The notes under the pieces are model-generated. The model made no database searches. It saw nothing but the letters and a program-made list of their open reading frames with translations, and was not told where the DNA came from. Shown here one piece after another: positions 58,113 to 64,000 of a stretch of 64,000 nucleotides of DNA. The first letter of the stretch is position 1; the number at the start of each line of letters is the position of its first letter. The position numbers and the translations under genes are program-made. Origin of the DNA: a virus; IMG/VR virus record IMGVR_UViG_3300046169_000069; one strand, 5' to 3'.

Positions 58113-58996
58113 TAGAATATATCTCCAAACGGATTGGATTCTGAGAAATCAACAAAGTCATTTGCCCAATCGTCAAACACTTCCTTCTGTGATAAACGAT
58201 CAATCTCGTTGATTCCTTCCTCTTCAGAAATAGGTGTCAATGATGCATTCTCGCCAATAACAGGTCTGTCTGTTGACCATTCGTGATACTTACCGTCTGT
58301 TGCGCCTGTGTGTGCAATCTTTAACATGCGTGTATTACTATTCCATGTGGTGACCTCACCCTCAAGTCGAAAATCATCAAACTCTTGATAAACATTTTCA
58401 CCCGACAAGTAGTAAGATTCGTCTCCTTCAACTTTGCCTGGCATCTGAAGTTCGTATTGGAATGCGCCTTCAGCCTCAACGTTGTCAATGACTGGAATGC
58501 CAGTATCAAAGTCCTCATCGGAGAATTCAAACAACTCACATTGCATACGGAAAAGAGGCAGTTGGGATAGTTGATAAAACGGAGATTCTGTATAGACGCG
58601 TTTGACCTCGAAAAGAGATTCTGATAGAGGCAAGTATATTACATCGCCCTCACGTGGCCGGAACTGTGCGTCAGAAAGACGATCACCAATCAAACTTTTC
58701 CATCTGCGTCGTGCGATAACAAATGTAGCTGCTTGATCACGCAACTCGATGCCGAACTTAGTGAACAGATCGCCTTCGCCTTCGAAACCTTCTGCGTTCT
58801 CGATGTACACCTCAACTTTGTAGGCGTCAGAGAACTGAGACTGAATACTATCTAAGAAGATGTCTTCTCTCTCGACCACTTCGCGTGGGAGATAGTAAAC
58901 ATCCTGACCATAGAACTGAATCGCCTCAATGAGAATGTCCTCATAGAGGTCCTGTTCTTGTCTGTTTTTTAAACTAATATATGGATTAGTAGCCAT
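58112..58996 (-). CDS. gp14: Neck protein gp14
   Basis: YYLPRE, FTKFG, RPREGD, CELFEFS, NPFG. Confidence 0.93.
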   Translation of the reverse strand: MATNPYISLKNRQEQDLYEDILIEAIQFYGQDVYYLPREVVEREDIFLDSIQSQFSDAYKVEVYIENAEGFEGEGDLFTKFGIELRDQAATFVIARRRWKSLIGDRLSDAQFRPREGDVIYLPLSESLFEVKRVYTESPFYQLSQLPLFRMQCELFEFSDEDFDTGIPVIDNVEAEGAFQYELQMPGKVEGDESYYLSGENVYQEFDDFRLEGEVTTWNSNTRMLKIAHTGATDGKYHEWSTDRPVIGENASLTPISEEEGINEIDRLSQKEVFDDWANDFVDFSESNPFGDIF

Positions 58997-58999
58997 GTC

Positions 59000-59770
59000 T
59001 TACCCCATGAAGAACATTGGACCTTCATCTTCGTCCGTACGAAAACGTTCAATTATTCTCTCGATGTCTGAAAGTGCATCTTCGTAAATAAGACGTGCGT
59101 TGACAGTAACACCGCCAGGCAATGCCATACCATCGAACTTGATTAGGTTGAGTCCCCATTGACGTTTGATCAATGCGGTTGCATACTCTTTTAGAAAACG
59201 ATGATTCCAAAGTGAGTTATATTCCGTAACAGACTCATCTGGATCACGGATAGTATAGACCTCAAATACAATATAATCATGCAGTTCTAGTTTCGTTTTA
59301 GAAACATGTAGATTAACACGATTATACTGACGATCAAATGTGATCTGAGGCATACCACCAAGTTTCATATCTAGGAGTGATAACTGTTGTTGCATTTGTT
59401 CATAGTGTGCAAGGTCACCCAAAATTCCGCCGTTACGAGTAAAGTCGGAAATGGTGTAGGCCATAACCTGCCATGCATCACTAAACCACCCTGAGTGTGC
59501 AGAACTAAATGTTACTGGCACCATACGAACAACCGCAGACAGATCTAGATTATCTGGAAAATCAACATACTGATTTTCGATATCCTGTTCGGTTAATTGG
59601 TGTTTTAGATAATATCTTTTAGAACCATCGGGGTGATTTTCACGAAACCACTGCAACGCCTCATCAATACGATCATCTAACTGTTCTTCGTCAATGTTTA
59701 CTTCTACTACTGGATGGCCCAGTGCGCGTAGACAGTAATCAATTAACTCTTCTCTAGTTGTAGAATACAT
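59000..59770 (-). CDS. gp13: Neck protein gp13
   Basis: YCLRALG.PV, KRQWG.NL.KF, LPGGV; late promoter at 59799-59806. Confidence 0.93.
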   Translation of the reverse strand: MYSTTREELIDYCLRALGHPVVEVNIDEEQLDDRIDEALQWFRENHPDGSKRYYLKHQLTEQDIENQYVDFPDNLDLSAVVRMVPVTFSSAHSGWFSDAWQVMAYTISDFTRNGGILGDLAHYEQMQQQLSLLDMKLGGMPQITFDRQYNRVNLHVSKTKLELHDYIVFEVYTIRDPDESVTEYNSLWNHRFLKEYATALIKRQWGLNLIKFDGMALPGGVTVNARLIYEDALSDIERIIERFRTDEDEGPMFFMG

Positions 59771-59819
59771 GTCAGTTTCCGAAATTGGTTTACTGTTCTA
59801 TTTATACGTTTTTTAAAGT

Positions 59820-59845
59820 AAAAAAAAGGGAGTCCGAAGACTCCC
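59820..59845 (-). terminator. Terminator identical in core to the gp23 terminator
   Basis: GGGAGTC-TTCG-GACTCCC plus T tract. Confidence 0.9.
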
Positions 59846-59866
59846 TTGTTAAACACTAATGTGTGA

Positions 59867-62800
59867 TTAGTTGACTAGGTTACCGGCAGCGTCATAGACG
59901 TTGATACGGTAGTATGTAGGAGCTTGTCCACCCAGTGCGTTCGCGTCATGCGATTCCGCAACTGTTAGTGATGAAGCAGCTTCTACTTCGTCAATTGAAA
60001 TCTCACCAGTTGTTGAGTTGTAGTCGATACATAGACCACCAGATAGACAATCCTTAGTACGTTGTTCTGTCCAGTACTTGTTGATTGATCCTTCTGATAG
60101 GTTGTCTGTTGTCCAACTATTGATAGTTCCAACATTTGTTTCTAGTGAAGTGATGCGTGAACCATTACTACTGATTAGACCAGATAACGTTCCATCTACT
60201 GACTGGAATTCTGCAACGATCTCTGTTAGAGAATCTAGTGATGCAGAGTCAGTGTTAGATACGATGAAGTCAATCTGAGACTGTAGACTTGCGTCTGCAG
60301 ATACACGAGCACTTTCTTCAGCAGAGATATCACTTGACAGTGCACTTTCTGCAGCAGTCGCACGGGCAACTTCAGCAGCTAGTGAATCAGTCAGATCAGA
60401 ATCACCCGCGATGCGAGCATCTTCTTCTTGACTTAACTGGAACTGTAGTGAACTCTTACCTGCAGTCTCTTCCGCAGACAATGCGTCAATCTGAGATTGT
60501 AGTTCTGCGTCAGCAGAGTCACGATCAGATTCAGATGCAACGATTGCAGCCGCACGTGCGTTCTGTTCTGCGGTAATCGCAGCAGCACGAGCAGTTGATT
60601 CTGCAGTAATCGCATCCGCATTCACCTGTACCGCAGCAACACGCGCCACTGTCTCAGCAGAGATAGCGTTTGCGTTAGACGTTGTTGCAAGTTCAGTTGC
60701 GTCCATCTCACTTTCTAGAGTTGAAACACGTGCAGTCAATGCACTTGCGTCACCACCTAGATTAGAGATTACGGTCTGTAGATCAGAGTCAGCATCTTCA
60801 AATGCCGCGACAACTTCAACCAACTGGTTCAGAGTTTCTGGAGAACCGTTTGTGATTGCAGTTACTGCCGCATCTACCGCATTGATGTTCGCCTGAAGTG
60901 CATTGTCAGCAGATGTTCTTGCTAACTCTTCAGCATCAATTGCAGACTGAAGTACTGCATCAGCCGCGATACGTGCGTTCTCTTCTGCAGTGATTGCAGA
61001 CTGTAGACCTTGGTCAGATAGGATACGAGCAGACTGTTCTGAGTCTAGTAGTGACTGTAGAACACCTTCCGCAGCAGTTGCACGGGCAACTTCTACATCT
61101 AGTCCAGACTGTAACGACGCATCACCAGCAACACGTAGTGCAGCTTCAACAGCGATGTCTGAGTCTAGATCTTCTCTCATTGACTGATCTGCAGCAGAAC
61201 GTGCCGCAACTTCAGAAGTGATCTGAGATTGTAGATCTGTTTCAACACCAGTCGCACGTGTCTCTTCCGCGTCGATTGCACTTTGTAGTACACCTTCAGC
61301 AGTTAGGGCACGTGTCTCTTCTGCAGTAATCGCAGCAGCATTCGCTGTGTGTGATCCTGCGTTAGATGAGATTAGTGTCTGTAGATCAGAATCTGCGTTC
61401 TCAAATGCAGCGACAACTTCTACGATTGTATCTAGTGAGTCCGAAGAACCATTTAGAATCGCGTCAACACGTCCACTTACTGTGTCGATGTTAGACTGTA
61501 GAGTATTATCTGCAGTAGTACGTGCTGTACCTTCGTCAACAACCGCTTGTGCGTTAACCGCTTCAGCCGCAGTTGCACGAACGATCTCAGCATCGATCGC
61601 AGACTGTAGGTCTGAATCAGCGTCAGCACGAGTACTTGCTTCTGCAGCTTCTGCCGCTAGAGCACGTGACTCTTCCGCAGAGATGTCAGATGCAAGTGCC
61701 GCTTCCGCAGACGTTGCACGAGAGATCTCGTTAGCCAAGTTAGTTGTCAATACACCTTCTGCAGTTGTCGCACGAGATTCCTCGTTTGAAATCGCAGTAG
61801 AAAGTAGTGCATTTAGATCACTATCAGCTTCATCAACATATCGCTTGTTTGCAGCAAGATTTGCTGAAGTTGGTTCGTCAACGATTACTTGTGAACCACC
61901 GAAGTGTACTAGACCATCTTGCCAATCAATAGTTGATCCTGGCTGTTCTACCTTTAGTGTTCCTTCAACTACGATTTGGTTAGAAGCAATACGACCTTGA
62001 ATGTAATCAGTGAACTCGTAGTCTGTTCCGTTCCACTTCAAGAACTCACCAGAATCCGCAGCAGAAACATTCAAGTGTTGGTCGATCTCTGCCTTAGTAG
62101 CATTACCGAAACCACCACCAATGATTGTTGATGAACCGAAGTTTACTATAGAACCTTCGAAATCAACAGTTCCTGTTTGAACTTTCAGGTCATTCGATTC
62201 AATCGTGTCAATGAATGCACGGTTAGCGTAAACATCATTAACATCCTTGATGTTGTTCTGACCCATCTCAATGCCTACTGACAATGCGACATTAGAGTCG
62301 GAATCTACACTGATACCTGCAGTACGTGCGTTCGTTGCAGCAATTGCACTTGCATTTGAGGCCACCATTGTGGTAACGTCACTATCTGCGTCTTGGAATG
62401 CAGAGACTAGTTCAGTCAATGAATCCAATGCAGCTGGATCAGTATTTTCCTTAATGAAGTCAATCTGTGTCTGCAAGTCAGAGTCAGCAGCAACACGAGC
62501 ACTTGTCTCTGCAGATTCTGCAGCAGTTGCACGAGCAACTTCAGTAGCAAGATCAGCAGTTAGTACTGCGTCAGCCGCGGTACGTAGTGCAGCCTCATCT
62601 GAGTCAGCGTTCGCACGATCAGTTGCTTCAGTTGCAATTGCAGCAGCATTCTGCGAAATTGTTGAAGCGTTCGCAGTAATTAGGTTTTGGATATTGCTAT
62701 CCGCACCTTCAAATGCACTTACAACCTCTACAACAGTGTCTAGTGATTCAACAGAACCATTTAGAATCGCGTCGATACGAGCATTTGCAGCGTCAATGTT

Positions 62801-64000
62801 AGACTGCAGTGAAGTGTCTTCTGTTGTACGACTAGTTGCTTCTGTCGCGACAGTTGCATCAACGTATGACTTAGTTGCAGCGTCTTGTGCGGCAGTTGGA
62901 TCAGCCATATCAGTAATCTTGTTACCAGACATGTCAACTTCAGCACTCATCTCAATGTTAGATGAACCAGAAGATGTGCTTACACCAGCAACCTGTGATT
63001 GTAAACCTGAAATCGCAGTCGCGTTTGCAGATACGTCAGAAGTTAATACCGCTTCCGCACCTTGTGCACGTAGTGACTCATCAGCAATGTCTTGAGCAAG
63101 TGACGCTTCGACCGTAGTCGCACGTGTTGTCTCATCGGCAATTGCCTGAGCATTAACACCCTCAGCAGCTGTTGCACGTGATGTTTCAGCAGCAATGTCT
63201 GACGCAAGACCTGTTTCTGCAGATGTTGCACGGGCAACCTCAGCAGCAAGATCAGACGTTAGTACACCTTCTGCCGATAGAGCACGAGACAGTTCAGTAG
63301 ACAAACCAGCACTCAAATCAGAGTCAGCATTTGCACGAGCAGTTGCTTCATCTGTGATTGCCTGTTGACGTGCCGCCACTTCCGCATTAATTGCATTAGT
63401 GTTAGCAGTAACACTTGCACTGTTAGATGTGATCAACGATTGGATATCACTATCCGCGTTCTCGAATGCCGCAACCACTTCAACGATTGTGTCTAGTGAT
63501 TCACCAGCACCGTTCAAGATTGCGTCAACACGATCACTTACTGTCTGAGTAGTTGCATCAACATATGCCTTATTAGCGGCATCGGCTGAATCTACTGGAG
63601 CAGCAACATTGATAACACTATTATCCATCATGTCTAGGTCTGATAGTACTTGCAGATGATCAACAGATGAGTTGAATCCGATAGTACCAGTTCCGTCACC
63701 GAAGTATAGACCACCGTTGAATGTCGCTAGACCGTCAACTGTGATAGATCCGTCAGTGAAGTTTGCACCTAGATGGTTTGCAAGTTGAGTTTCTGCAGCT
63801 GTTGCACGAGCAGTTTCTACCGCGATATCCGCAGCAAGACCTGCTTCTACTGCTTCTGCACGTACTTTCTCAGTTACGACAGCGGCAGCGTTTGCAGCCT
63901 CTGCAGTCTGAGCACGTGTAGATTCTGCGTCAATGTTAGACTGAAGTGTGTTCTCAGCACCAGTCGCACGAGCAGTTTCTGCTGCAATTGATACTTCTAG
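59867..64000 (-). CDS. Very long Ala-rich coiled-coil fibre (fibritin/wac position), 5'-truncated by the window edge
   Basis: Frame appears open upstream of 63631; AEVARATAAE-type repeats, DAATKSYVD neck motifs and recurring ESLDTIVEVVAAFENADSD modules. Confidence 0.8.
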   Translation of the reverse strand, partial: LEVSIAAETARATGAENTLQSNIDAESTRAQTAEAANAAAVVTEKVRAEAVEAGLAADIAVETARATAAETQLANHLGANFTDGSITVDGLATFNGGLYFGDGTGTIGFNSSVDHLQVLSDLDMMDNSVINVAAPVDSADAANKAYVDATTQTVSDRVDAILNGAGESLDTIVEVVAAFENADSDIQSLITSNSASVTANTNAINAEVAARQQAITDEATARANADSDLSAGLSTELSRALSAEGVLTSDLAAEVARATSAETGLASDIAAETSRATAAEGVNAQAIADETTRATTVEASLAQDIADESLRAQGAEAVLTSDVSANATAISGLQSQVAGVSTSSGSSNIEMSAEVDMSGNKITDMADPTAAQDAATKSYVDATVATEATSRTTEDTSLQSNIDAANARIDAILNGSVESLDTVVEVVSAFEGADSNIQNLITANASTISQNAAAIATEATDRANADSDEAALRTAADAVLTADLATEVARATAAESAETSARVAADSDLQTQIDFIKENTDPAALDSLTELVSAFQDADSDVTTMVASNASAIAATNARTAGISVDSDSNVALSVGIEMGQNNIKDVNDVYANRAFIDTIESNDLKVQTGTVDFEGSIVNFGSSTIIGGGFGNATKAEIDQHLNVSAADSGEFLKWNGTDYEFTDYIQGRIASNQIVVEGTLKVEQPGSTIDWQDGLVHFGGSQVIVDEPTSANLAANKRYVDEADSDLNALLSTAISNEESRATTAEGVLTTNLANEISRATSAEAALASDISAEESRALAAEAAEASTRADADSDLQSAIDAEIVRATAAEAVNAQAVVDEGTARTTADNTLQSNIDTVSGRVDAILNGSSDSLDTIVEVVAAFENADSDLQTLISSNAGSHTANAAAITAEETRALTAEGVLQSAIDAEETRATGVETDLQSQITSEVAARSAADQSMREDLDSDIAVEAALRVAGDASLQSGLDVEVARATAAEGVLQSLLDSEQSARILSDQGLQSAITAEENARIAADAVLQSAIDAEELARTSADNALQANINAVDAAVTAITNGSPETLNQLVEVVAAFEDADSDLQTVISNLGGDASALTARVSTLESEMDATELATTSNANAISAETVARVAAVQVNADAITAESTARAAAITAEQNARAAAIVASESDRDSADAELQSQIDALSAEETAGKSSLQFQLSQEEDARIAGDSDLTDSLAAEVARATAAESALSSDISAEESARVSADASLQSQIDFIVSNTDSASLDSLTEIVAEFQSVDGTLSGLISSNGSRITSLETNVGTINSWTTDNLSEGSINKYWTEQRTKDCLSGGLCIDYNSTTGEISIDEVEAASSLTVAESHDANALGGQAPTYYRINVYDAAGNLVN

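Noticed and set aside
47827-63991. Long plus-strand ORFs opposite gp23, gp22, gp18 and the fibre gene
   Set aside because: Antisense shadows of biased codon usage; no RBS or recognisable motifs.

Overview
This is a 64-kb segment of a T4-like myovirus genome, most likely marine, with almost every gene on the minus strand. Right half (transcription order): a long coiled-coil fibre gene, gp13-gp14-gp15-gp16-gp17-gp18-gp19-gp20-(gp67)-gp21-gp22-gp23-gp3, uvsY-uvsW, gp55-gp47-gp46-gp45-gp44-gp62-regA, hsp20, gp43, uvsX and gp41. Left half: an accessory region with tRNAs and a redox/respiration-centred set of host-like genes (isocitrate lyase, di-haem cytochrome c peroxidase, cytochrome c, peroxiredoxin, IscU; an alternative oxidase lies further right). 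No photosynthesis genes are seen, so a heterotrophic, probably gammaproteobacterial host is inferred. Sigma70-type (TTGACA-17/18-TATAAT) and T4 late (TATAAATA) promoters are readable throughout. Many single-base frameshifts in essential genes indicate long-read sequencing error. Main leads: (1) late genes whose products carry a T4 capsid-targeting-like N-terminus and look like a ligase, a HIGH nucleotidyltransferase and a P-loop kinase, suggesting an injected enzyme kit; (2) a 68-nt non-canonical tRNA-Gly(ACC)-like RNA; (3) a putative new DNA-modification locus at the position T4 uses for beta-gt/gp42; (4) a ~160-nt structured ncRNA fused behind tRNA-Ala; (5) a consensus antisense promoter back-to-back with the gp55 promoter. 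All family assignments come from motif recognition by eye, not from database searches.
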